Notes: a model not told the origin generated them from the letters alone. Positions 25,661 through 37,256 are shown, numbered from the whole stretch's first letter. The stretch: DNA of 63,929 nt, filler included, from Octopus bimaculoides (GCF_001194135.2; 6 parts of 5 records of this genome joined end to end with filler, not necessarily neighbours in it); one strand, 5' to 3'. A program made the numbers and translations.

Positions 25661-28019
25661 TAAATAACGTTTCAATATGCNNNNNNNNNNNNNNNNNNNN
25701 NNNNNNNNNNNNNNNNNNNNNNNNNNNNNNNNNNNNNNNNNNNNNNNNNNNNNNNNNNNNNNNNNNNNNNNNNNNNNNNNNNNNNNNNNNNNNNNNNNNN
25801 NNNNNNNNNNNNNNNNNNNNNNNNNNNNNNNNNNNNNNNNNNNNNNNNNNNNNNNNNNNNNNNNNNNNNNNNNNNNNNNNNNNNNNNNNNNNNNNNNNNN
25901 NNNNNNNNNNNNNNNNNNNNNNNNNNNNNNNNNNNNNNNNNNNNNNNNNNNNNNNNNNNNNNNNNNNNNNNNNNNNNNNNNNNNNNNNNNNNNNNNNNNN
26001 NNNNNNNNNNNNNNNNNNNNNNNNNNNNNNNNNNNNNNNNNNNNNNNNNNNNNNNNNNNNNNNNNNNNNNNNNNNNNNNNNNNNNNNNNNNNNNNNNNNN
26101 NNNNNNNNNNNNNNNNNNNNNNNNNNNNNNNNNNNNNNNNNNNNNNNNNNNNNNNNNNNNNNNNNNNNNNNNNNNNNNNNNNNNNNNNNNNNNNNNNNNN
26201 NNNNNNNNNNNNNNNNNNNNNNNNNNNNNNNNNNNNNNNNNNNNNNNNNNNNNNNNNNNNNNNNNNNNNNNNNNNNNNNNNNNNNNNNNNNNNNNNNNNN
26301 NNNNNNNNNNNNNNNNNNNNNNNNNNNNNNNNNNNNNNNNNNTATATATATATATATATATATGTACATATACACATGAACACACACATGATGGGCTTCG
26401 TCCAGTAACTGTTTACGGAATTTGTTTCCAAGATCTCGGTCAATAAGTAGCACCTGCCCAATGTTCCATACTGTAGGGGCGGTTCAGATCCACACGGTTG
26501 ACACGCACATAATTATTAACGTTTCCAAGTCCCATAGTGGGCTCCACGTTTCCGCTTCTTCGCTTTCCTCATATTGTGCATCTAGGGGATATGTGCGGGC
26601 GCGCACGTGTGTATCATTGTGCGTGCGTGAATGTGTGCGTGTATCTATGTGTAGCTGCTTTAGGGTTTACACCTAAAATCTCAGTGGTTTCACTTTTATG
26701 CAGCTTAGAGGTTCGACCACAAGACTTCAGTAACACTTTACCAGTGCCGATGGGAGCGATGAAAATGCAATGCCCTATAAAGCCCCACTGTCCAATGTCA
26801 GATATATAAGAGAAGAAAAAAAAAATGGATGTAACTTTGAGTGTGTATATGAATTCACATACACACATACATATATACATACGTATTTATATAAGTGTGT
26901 ATGTATGTATTCATGTATGTATGCATGGATACATGGGTGTAAGTATGTATATATCGAAGTATGTACAAATGGATACACAGTCAGCTTGGATTGTATTTAT
27001 ATATATGTGTGTGTGTGAGTGTGTGTGCGTATATATATATATATATATNNNNNNNNNNNNNNNNNNNNNNNNNNNNNNNNNNNNNNNNNNNNNNNNNNNN
27101 NNNNNNNNNNNNNNNNNNNNNNNNNNNNNNNNNNNNNNNNNNNNNNNNNNNNNNNNNNNNNNNNNNNNNNNNNNNNNNNNNNNNNNNNNNNNNNNNNNNN
27201 NNNNNNNNNNNNNNNNNNNNNNNNNNNNNNNNNNNNNNNNNNNNNNNNNNNNNNNNNNNNNNNNNNNNNNNNNNNNNNNNNNNNNNNNNNNNNNNNNNNN
27301 NNNNNNNNNNNNNNNNNNNNNNNNNNNNNNNNNNNNNNNNNNNNNNNNNNNNNNNNNNNNNNNNNNNNNNNNNNNNNNNNNNNNNNNNNNNNNNNNNNNN
27401 NNNNNNNNNNNNNNNNNNNNNNNNNNNNNNNNNNNNNNNNNNNNNNNNNNNNNNNNNNNNNNNNNNNNNNNNNNNNNNNNNNNNNNNNNNNNNNNNNNNN
27501 NNNNNNNNNNNNNNNNNNNNNNNNNNNNNNNNNNNNNNNNNNNNNNNNNNNNNNNNNNNNNNNNNNNNNNNNNNNNNNNNNNNNNNNNNNNNNNNNNNNN
27601 NNNNNNNNNNNNNNNNNNNNNNNNNNNNNNNNNNNNNNNNNNNNNNNNNNNNNNNNNNNNNNNNNNNNNNNNNNNNNNNNNNNNNNNNNNNNNNNNNNNN
27701 NNNNNNNNNNNNNNNNNNNNNNNNNNNNNNNNNNNNNNNNNNNNNNNNNNNNNNNNNNNNNNNNNNNNNNNNNNNNNNNNNNNNNNNNNNNNNNNNNNNN
27801 NNNNNNNNNNNNNNNNNNNNNNNNNNNNNNNNNNNNNNNNNNNNNNNNNNNNNNNNNNNNNNNNNNNNNNNNNNNNNNNNNNNNNNNNNNNNNNNNNNNN
27901 NNNNNNNNNNNNNNNNNNNNNNNNNNNCATATATATGCATATGCGTGTGTGTATGGTTGTATGCATGTATGTATTCTTCATATTCATGTGTTTGTGTGTG
28001 CATGTTTGTGTATTTCTCC

Positions 28020-28070
<51 letters not shown>

Positions 28071-28079
28071 TGTGTAGTT

Positions 28080-28410
28080 ATTAACCTTGGCATTTACAGT
28101 AGAACTAGAAACGTAGTCTACACCATATGGTGTATAGACGGTGTTGATAATGACAAGGACATGATATACATAGGTGAGAGATCTAGAAGCATTGCGGAGA
28201 GACTAAATATACATTTGAGGCAATATGACAACGAAATACAGTCCTTCATACCCTACGAACATGCCAAGGACCAAAATGGAAGCACACTGGGTCGACTTGA
28301 CATCTGCATTTTATCCAAACACCCGAAGGACCCAACACTCAGACAAATACAGGAATATGTCCTCATAAATGAAATATCCTCAGTACTAAATAGGAAATAT
28401 ACGTAGAAGG
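28080..28410 (+). mobile_element. Penelope-like element GIY-YIG endonuclease fragment
   Basis: RNVVYTIWC...IYIGERSRSIAERLNIH...LRQIQEYVLINEISSVLN is the VVY/YIG/R/E/N GIY-YIG signature. Confidence 0.75.
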
Positions 28411-28483
28411 TAGTCATACCCCAATACACACAGTTTATATACACACAAGAAGAGTCGCTAGTAATCTGTTACAGAGACGAGTG

Positions 28484-28494
<11 letters not shown>

Positions 28495-28518
<24 letters not shown>

Positions 28519-28710
28519 TTGTGTGTGTGCGTGTGTGTGTGTGTGTCTTCGTCCCGTCGCCATTGCTTGACAACTGATGCTGAGACCCATGAAATGAGTA
28601 CTAGGCTTGCAAAGAATAAGTCCTGCGGTCGATTTCTTCGAGTAACACCATTTAAGGTGGTGCTCCAGCATGGCCGCACTCAGATGACAGAAATGAATAT
28701 TAGTATAATA
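28495..28710 (+). mobile_element. SINE group A 3' half
   Basis: TG repeat, CTTGACAACTGATG block, tail GGTGGTGCTCCAGCATGGCCGCACTCAGATGACAG. Confidence 0.75.
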
Positions 28711-28839
28711 GAATATATATATATATATATATATATATANNNNNNNNNNNNNNNNNNNNNNNNNNNNNNNNNNNNNNNNNNNNTTAATTAATTAANNNNN
28801 NNNNNNNNNNNNNNNNNNNNNNNNNNNNNNNNNNNNNNN

Positions 28840-29665
28840 ATTTGTCCATTTAACTACATGAATGTCATTAAACTGAATTTCAATTGAAGCAATCTTTTCT
28901 TCATTTAAATGCATTGCTTCTAAGACAGGTAAAACTGGCTCTTTGAAATGCGGCAAAATATTCTCTACTGAAAAACATTTGATATTCCTCAGTGTATTAA
29001 TATTTTCTGGCAAACGATGCTTGAGCTCTTTATAAAGGCAGAGTAAAAATTGTTGTGCTCTTTTGCGAATATTATTTTCTTCCGTGGCTGTTACAGTCTT
29101 CTTGGTAATCATTTCTGCTATCTTTCTCTCGAACCTGTAGCTTAAATTTGGTTTAGGATCCAGAAAGTTTTCAATAGAAGCAACTGGATCAAGAGGATCA
29201 ATTCTACATGTTGGCAACACTGCCATCTGGATCAAGAGGATCAATTCTACATGTTTTAAAATTGGATGCAAAAATAAAAGGTAAAGTTCATTCCTAGAAT
29301 CACAAAACATTTCATGTAGCGTTTGTGCTGTAAAGCACTTTTCTTTTGTAGTTGTAGTTTGGAAGTGAGTTTACAATTTAAACCATTGGCTTAAAATTCT
29401 ATTTACTGCTGGTTCTATTGACAGCCACTTAGTTGTACAAGAATTCACGATCTTCAAAGGCTCTTGCTCTTTATCATTGATAGCAAGGTAAAGTTGTTTG
29501 TAGGCACTTTGTCTTGTTGAAGAATGAGAGGACCATTTATAGGTTTCGGATACTGAGATATGTATGTACCACTTTTTTGTGAGTGTCACTATAATATACG
29601 ATAACAATCCTAACAACTTGTTTATCAATATATCATTGGATTCATCTAATAACAGGCTAAATTTA
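28840..29665 (-). mobile_element. hAT transposase fragment with internal deletions
   Basis: KFSLLLDESND (first catalytic D region), SHSSTRQ...SCTTKWLSIEPAVNRILSQW (TRW motif), LYLLFLHPIL. Confidence 0.8.
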
Positions 29666-30320
29666 GTAGTAGCAGCAGCAGCAGTAGTTGCAGCAGCAGT
29701 AGTTGCAGCAGCAGTATCATTGGTAATAGTGTTAGTATTAGCGGTGGTAGAGGAGGTGGTATTAGTGATGTTATTAGTGCGGCTATTAATAGTTGCATTT
29801 GTAGTAGGAGTGTTAACAATAGTACTGTTTTCAGTAATGGTAATATTGCTGTTGGTGCTAGTATTAATATTATTGCTATTCCTATTAGTAGTTGAAGTAT
29901 ATGTATTACTAGCTGTAGTGGTTATAATATAATTAGTATTGTTAGTATCAGTGTGCCTATTAGTGTTTGCGTTGGTTTCAAATGTGCGCCCTATGTTTAA
30001 GTTGTTTGGGCGTGGGGTATTAGATATGTTATTGCGATCGGTGTTAGTGTTTTCATTGTGTAGGTCTATGGTAAGGTTGTATGTATTTAGATAGTAAGAG
30101 CTAAGTTTACGTTTATTAGATGAGAAACAAAGCAAAGAATTGAATATGGTCCAGAATTGAATATAACAGATTTCACTTATTCCAATGGCTGGCTTCATAG
30201 ATTTAAGCTGAGATACTCAATTAAATGTCAGATTCTTAGCAGTGAAAGTGCCGGTACAAATCAATAACTCATTACTGTTGGTTTACAGCAGTAATGAGTT
30301 ATCGATGAAGAAATTTGAAC
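29666..30320 (-). mobile_element. Asn/Thr-rich open segment, possibly from a PLE ORF
   Basis: Composition resembles the N/T-rich linkers of the PLE at 37.3-38.8 kb. No diagnostic motif. Confidence 0.3.
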
Positions 30321-30324
30321 CAAG

Positions 30325-31065
30325 AAAATGAAGAAATTTGAAGCAAGAAATATTTTTAATATCGACAAGACAAGTTTATTTTTTCGCCAATTACCTAATA
30401 AAATCGGTTACAACAAAATTTTTTACCAAAGGCGTCAAAAAGCAAAACGAAAGACTTACGGTGACACTAGTTTGTAATGCTGATGGCAGCGAAAAACTAC
30501 GACCTCTTATTGGAAGAGTGTCCAAACCCCGATGTTTTAAGAATTTCAACTACAAACTATATGTAGATTACAACTACAGTAACAACGCTTGGATGAACTC
30601 CAGTACATTTAGCAGTTGGATGAAAGATCTTGATAAGAAAATGCAACTTCAGCGACAAAACTTTTTACTGATAATGGACAATGCCCCTGGACACAACATA
30701 CCCGATAAACTCACCAACATAGAAGTTTACTTTCTCCCACCGACAACAACGTGCCACATAAACCCCTAGACGTCGGAATAATTCACAACTTCAAATCTAA
30801 CTACATGTGAACAGCATCAGTTAGACTAGGTAATCACTCAACTAGACGAAAGCAGTACTTATAACATCACCCTAACTGACGCTATTCAACACATCAAATA
30901 ATCTTGGGACTCTGTGACACCATCTGCTATTTCTAACTGCTGGCGCTACACTGGTCTCACCCAAAAACCTGAAAGCACAGACACAGAAGTTGAAAACAGT
31001 GATGACGACATCAAAATACCACTAGCTGAACTGATTAAACAAGCTACTACTAAACTTGACCCATT
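30325..31065 (+). mobile_element. pogo/Tigger DDE_1 transposase fragment
   Basis: NIFNIDKTSLF, RLTVTLVCNADGSEKLRPL, NAWM, LLIMDNAPGH, FLPP...PLDVGII, SWDSVTPSAISNCWRYTGL. Confidence 0.9.
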
Positions 31066-31188
31066 AATGCATAGTTTCCAGAAAAATGGACGCAGGAAAA
31101 ATTACTATTATCATACTTGTTTCGTACGTGTGTATAGTTGGTTTGTTGGTAATTTTTCAGATTAACACCCGTACGATCTTCACTACGG

Positions 31189-31320
31189 TGTTAGGGTTTT
31201 AGGGTTAGGGTTAGGGTTTAGGGTTACGGTTACGGTTAGGGTTTTAAAGTTTGGGTTAGGGAAATCAGTCCCTAACCGTAACCCTAACCCTAGACACTAA
31301 CCCTAACACTAACCCTAACA
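31189..31320. repeat. Head-to-head telomere-like repeats (TTAGGG)n-(CCCTAA)n
   Basis: G-rich arm 31189-31261, C-rich arm 31270-31320. Perfect centre GGTTAGGGA-aatcag-TCCCTAACC. Confidence 0.85.
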
Positions 31321-33080
31321 GTCATGTGACTGGAGCACCAACGTGGTCATTCTGATTTCCTCAACCTGGGGTGTTTCACATCACCACTCCTGTATGTGCC
31401 TTTGTCCCAGCTGTTGGCCCATTAATGTATAATTGAGTTTGATTCTGCTGCCTTTGTATGCACCTCATGTTGGACTGTTAGTTCATCCTGTATTGTGGAG
31501 AGGAGGATGTCTAGTTCCTTTTTGAAAACTTCTACTCATACTTTATGCAGATTTCTTAACTTTTGTAGCAGGGATTGAAGAGCAGTGGGCCTTTGAACCC
31601 TAGACTATTGCAGTACCTGGTATCTGGATTTAGATGGAGTGGATGGTACCTTTGGTACAATATAATGCCGAAATTAAGTACTAGCCATTTTAGAGTTTTC
31701 CATATGTAGATTATTGCACATCTTACATGCCTTTGCTCCAAGGAGCAGAGGTGGAGCTTTCTCAACCTGTCCCTGTGGCTCATCCACTGCACTGTTTCAA
31801 TCCTCTTAGTGTAGTGGTGTTGGACTGCTTCAAGCTCTGTTGTTAGTTTGGCACTATGTGGTGACCGTAACTGGGAGCAGTAGTACAGGTGGCTGAGAAC
31901 AAAGATTCTCTATAGGGTCAACATAGTTTCTTGGTCTTGAAGGACCTCAGTATTCATCCTGCCGGTTGTCTGCTCTTTGCTGCCATCTTGGTAATGTACA
32001 TATAAAATGATGCATCATTGCACATACTGATCCCCAAGACTTTCATTACCCGTGACTCTGGGATTGTAGTGATTCAGGTCCTGTATATGCAGGATGTCAT
32101 GCATTTATGAGTTAATGATGCAGTGCTTGAAATTTTCCAGCATTAAACTGCATATTGTTTATTTCAGCCCACTTATAATATATCAAATTCAGGTCCCGCT
32201 GTAAGCTTGCGACATCATCTTGGTTTTTTTATTGTCCGTGATAATTTTGTATCATCTGCATAGCTAGTGACAGTGGCTGTCCGAGTGACTGTGGGTATGT
32301 CTAAGAGGGCTATTAGGAACAGTAATGGCCCCTGAACAGTTCCCTGGGAGATGCCACTTAGGATTTGAGTTTCCTCAGAAAGAGCACCATTAGCTGCAAC
32401 TACCTGACTTGTCTTTAAGGAAGTCATGCAGCCATACTCCTAGTTTATCAGTGATGCCAAAGTCTTGCAACGTATGACATATCATGTCATAATCTACCTT
32501 ATCAAATGCCTTTGCAAAGTCAAGCTATATTTTGCTGACATCTGAATGGTCACGCAGCTGTTTCAAAACCTAGTCATAGGTAAGAGTTGTGTGAGGCAGC
32601 TTCTTTCTGGATGGAAGCTGTGCTGTGTATTGTATAGTAGGTCATTTTCTTCTAGGAACATTATCAACTTCTTTCTGATGATTCACCCCTTGACTTTACT
32701 GATATGTGAAGTCAGAGAGATTGGCCTGTAGTTTTTGGCCTCTACCCCGTTTCCACCTTTGTGGATAGAGCATATAATGCCTTCTTTTAGCTTTTTAGTA
32801 AATTTACCACTTGCAAGGAAACTGGAAATGCATCTGCAGTGGTTTTGCCAAAACCTGCTTACATGACTTCAGGAGAATATTTGAGAAGCCATCAGGACCA
32901 GTTGCAAAGCATGGGCTCATTTCATCTATATAGTCTATAAAATTCGACCTTTAACTGTCTTCTTACATTTCATTTCCACTAAATATATCTATTTTCATGC
33001 CTAATCTTTATTCCTATTCACCTATTGTACTAGATTCTCCATTTAGTTTTCTAGTAATTTCTTTCTTCCTCCTCCTTCTC
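31319..33080 (-). mobile_element. CR1/L2-type LINE, 5'-truncated, RT domain to 3' end, degenerate
   Basis: ATGPDG, NYRPISLTSHISK, LDFAKAFDKV, SGISQGTVQGPLLF, YADDTK, RLRKLHLCSLEQR..IIYIWK. Confidence 0.9.
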
Positions 33081-33210
33081 TTTCTATAAATTGCCTTTGA
33101 CGTTATATGAATTAATGTTTTTTTTTTAATAACATATCAGCGTTCCCTTCATCATATATGCAGCAATCACATTCAGTTAAAATATCTTATTGATGCATTT
33201 TCTTTTTCTT

Positions 33211-33303
33211 TTTTTCCCTGATGAGGAGATTGTATTGTTTTATATCATTTTATTCCGTTCTGGAACAATACCAATGTTTTCTTCGAAACATATGTCAGAA
33301 GAA
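33211..33303 (+). ncRNA. Type I hammerhead ribozyme, near-intact (one helix I mismatch)
   Basis: CTGATGA (33218-33224), stem II GGAG/CTTC with a long inner hairpin, GAAA-C-ATAT-G-TC, predicted cut after 33296. Helix I TTCC/AGAA has a C-A mismatch next to the core. Confidence 0.65.
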
Positions 33304-33528
33304 TAAAAATTTGAATAACACCTGCGTTTAACTCCATTTATTTATTTATCTATAACATAGATAAACATTTTACCAAAACCTGGAATTTCTACCTTTATAA
33401 GTAGGCTGTTACATCTTGGTACTTATGTGAATTTTTGCTACCCTGGTAACTATTTATTTATTTTTTCCATGTTATTTGTCAACATTAAAAAAATACACAT
33501 ACATTTATATACATACATATATACATAC

Positions 33529-36500
33529 ATGATGGCTGCCCCCTCGTTATTGAGTATGGCCATTGTACGAGGCTTAACTGTTATTGCTGCTGTGATCGAA
33601 TGTGACTTTTTAGCCTAGCTAAAGATCTACAGTCTTGTACAGAATTGGCAGCTAAAACCTTTACTGGCAATAGCCAGCTGTGGTTGTAACTGGACTTCAT
33701 GTACCTTTGCATGTCATTTAAGTCGTCCTGCCGAATTACACTCCTTTCTACATACCTGACAGATATGATTAGTATGGTGTATAGCACCACCACCAGTGGC
33801 CTGGTTGTCAATCATGTCTCACTTTATGACTACGAAGATGACTCTTGAATCCAGCTTTACTGAGGAAGGGTCTTGCACAGACATTGCATGTCAGTGTCAT
33901 AGGAAGACCCTTACTATCTGGAAGTGCAACAGCGATGCTCTTCCTGACATCCCTCCTTACTTTCTCATGCACAACTCGAGATTTCTCAAAAGTAGCTGTC
34001 CCTTCGTGCACAATCCTTCTCCACCAGCTAAGGTCAATAACCATGCCCGCCCATGTGTCAGGAGAGATGCAAGCATCTCTCAAGGAAGCTTTCAGTAAGT
34101 CCTCATACCTCCTTTAGCTAACTCTCTATAAAAGAGTTGTTTTGGCATCCTTGAATCCTTCATCCTGACCAGATGACCACTCCATCTGAGCCTTTGCTTT
34201 AACACAAGAGCTTCTATACTTTAACACCGAGAGCTTTCCAATATTTCAAGATCACTGATGTGGTCCTCCCACTTAATGCCATAAATCTATCTGAGACACA
34301 TCTGAAGGAAGCATTCCAGTTGTTTAAGGTGGCATTGATATGTGACCTATGTCTTGCAGGCATAAAGAAGAGAAGAGAGCACACATGCCTTGTACACCTT
34401 TATCTTTGTGTTCCTGCATATATCTCGCCGACTCCAGAGGCGCCTTTTTAGCCTTCCGAAAGCATCACTTACTTTCCTAATTCTGCATGGAATTTCCTTA
34501 TCCAAATTGCTATATCTATTAACAGTGCTTCCCAGGTAGTCAAACTGATCAACCACATCAAGTCTTCTACCATACACATAGAATTTTGGTTCAATATACT
34601 GCTTACCAGGGGCAGGTTGGTACATGACAACAGTTTTCTTGAGACTGACTGTCAAGTCTAAGGCAGTGCAAGCATCAGAGAATGCATTCAAAATGTGTTG
34701 CATATCAATCTCTGTGTGCGCTACTAGATCACAACCATCTGCATACAGAAGGTCTCTTATGATAGAGGTAAATACCTTTGTTTTTGCAGCAAAGTACCTG
34801 ATATTAAATATGCTGTCAGAGGTTCGATAATGGATGTAAACACCATATCTGCAGCTTCTGAATGCAATACAGAAAACCATCGCAAAATATATGGCAAATA
34901 GGGTCGGTGCCAGAATATCCCCCTGTTTCACTCCATTTTGTATTGAGATAGGCTCCGACATTTTACTTCTAACATTAACCTTACCCTTCATGTCTTCCTG
35001 AAAAGACCTAACCAAAGCAAGGAACTTTTCAGGACAACCAGGTTTCTGGAGGACTTTCCACAGTGCATTTCTATTAACGGTATCAAAGGCTTTTGTCAGA
35101 TCGACAAAAACCTGATATAAATCCAGACCCTGTTCCACACACTTCTCCTGAAGCTGTCTAGCTGAAAAGATCACATTAGCAGCGCCACGTCCTACACGAA
35201 AGCCAGATTGACTTTCTGGAAGAACACAGTCTGCAACGTGTTTCAGCAGACGATCCAGAAGTACCCTGAATAAAACCTTTCCCACGACAGAAAGCAATGA
35301 TATTCCCCTATAGTTACCACAATCATTCGCGTTGCTCTTTCCCTTATATAAGACCACCATTACTGTATCTCTCCAGTCCTCTAGCCCATATCCTACCAAA
35401 CAAGGATGTAATCCAGAATATACCATTCTTTAGATGCAGGGTGCATCCATGTGGTCTCAAATTTATTCTTTTGTTGAAACATGGTATTGGTAGCACACAG
35501 ACGCAACTCCTCACACATCTGCAACAGAAGCATGCCATTACTATTACACTTTCCCACCCCATGCTTTCCAATTACAGTCCATGTGTTAAAATCCCTACCC
35601 ACTCTAGCATTAAAGTCACCCAGTACGATGACTTTGTCTGCCCGAGGGATATTTCTTATAATGCCCTTCAAAGCATGGTAGAAAGAAACTTTTTCGTCAT
35701 CAATAGAGCACATAGTTGGAGCATACACACTCACCAAGGTCACATAATTTCCTTTAACCAAAGGAATTCTCATGGACATAAGACGCTCGTTAATCCCGAC
35801 TGGGAATTCTTCCAACTTGTTCACAAGAGTAGTCTTAACAACAAATACCACTCCAGCCTCTCCTCTAAACTCTTCATTCCTCCCTTTCCAAAAGAATGTA
35901 TATTTTCCACAAGATTCTGTAAGATGACCATCTCCAGCTAATCTCGTCTCAGATAAAGCAACGATGTCAAGATCATAGCGTCGAAGCTCCTTCGCAACAA
36001 GCGCAGTCCTTCGTTCAGGACATTCAGAGGACTCACGATCAAGCAGTGTCCGTACATTCCTACAGCCAATATTCAATATTTTATTTGGTTCTATCACAGT
36101 AGCATAATGACGGCCGGGTTCAGACTGTGATGCTTTGGAGCCCCTGCCGGGCCAGACCCTTTCATCTGATGTGGTTCCAGAGTCCTTACTGCCATTTACT
36201 TTTATACTGTTTTGGTACATCATTGATTATTTGCTTTTTAAGGCTACAGTCAGCCATTCAGTTGAGAGCACTATCAGCATTCATGAATTAGTTAGACAGT
36301 TTAATCAATCAATCAATCAATGTTGTTATCGGGAAATACCTGTGCAAGAAGATTTTTTAAAAGAAAGGCTGTGTACTGAGTCAATCCTACTCACTAAGCA
36401 ACAGCAACCATAATCCGAAAAGAAGAACGAGTCAACATCATCAGTAACCACTGAGCCGCAGGTCTTATGTCAGAGTCATGCCAGTTACCTGAGTTGCCTT

Positions 36501-36600
36501 CTCCTAGAAGGATGCCCTAACAAAGATTAGGGGTCCTTCACTTCCAATGGTTTAACCGCGCGATCGGGTTGTCAGTCCGTTTATTTCTATGTCCCCGCGC
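33529..36600 (-). mobile_element. RTE-clade LINE: 5' UTR, APE, RT, C-terminal triple C2H2 and tail; internally deleted and frameshifted
   Basis: APE motifs NVRTLLD, DIVALSETR, SVYAPT, VLGDFNARVG. RT motifs NYRGISLLS, PESQSGFR, FVDLTKAFDTV, VKQGDILAP, LLYADG. Tail CCATACTCAATAACGAGGGGGCAGCCATCA. TAGGAGAAGGCAACTC in the leader. Confidence 0.95.
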
Positions 36601-36821
36601 AAGATACAGCCATAAGCTGAATAAAATAGATATAAGGAAAGATAAAAAAAAACATACGATATATAAAAATATTGATATACAAAATATACATAAAATATAC
36701 GATATGAAGTTTATAAAAATATATATATAAAAATATATATGACGAGCAAGCTATAAAAATATGCAATATATAAAATTAGTGAGAAAAAGGGGGATATACA
36801 GCAAATATATATAATTACACA

Positions 36822-37020
36822 TATATTGGATGACCGTGGACACTTAAGAGTTCATCCACCCTTTGACGGGTTTTGTTTTTCATCCCACAGGGTGTCCAAT
36901 AAACACCCTCCTCACCAAGCAAGCTTGGTGGGGTTGCCGGTTTAGTCGCCGACGGCCCGACCATGTGACAGGTTGTACTGGGTTACATGTTACCAGTAGC
37001 ACTCGAAAGTGACCTGACAT
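36822..37020 (-). mobile_element. GC-rich multi-hairpin repeat, probably an RTE-type 5' leader fragment
   Basis: Hairpins TACTGG/CCAGTA, GTCG/CGAC, CCTCACCAAGC/GCTTGGTGGGG, AGGGTGT/ACACCCT. The RTE assignment rests on recalled similarity. Confidence 0.5.
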
Positions 37021-37197
37021 AAACATACATGCATACATACATACATACATACATACAAGCATACATGCACATATATACATATATATATATATATATANNN
37101 NNNNNNNNNNNNNNNNNNNNNNNNNNNNNNNNNNNNNNNNNTTAATTAATTAANNNNNNNNNNNNNNNNNNNNNNNNNNNNNNNNNNNNNNNNNNNN

Positions 37198-37256
<59 letters not shown>

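Noticed and set aside
15016-28406. Long ORFs of 200-480 aa in the ORF track
   Set aside because: They run through N gaps and dinucleotide repeats (X, YI, CV, HT runs) and are not coding.
36850-37020. HDV-like ribozyme
   Set aside because: No P3/L3/P1.1 arrangement with correct spacing could be threaded by eye.
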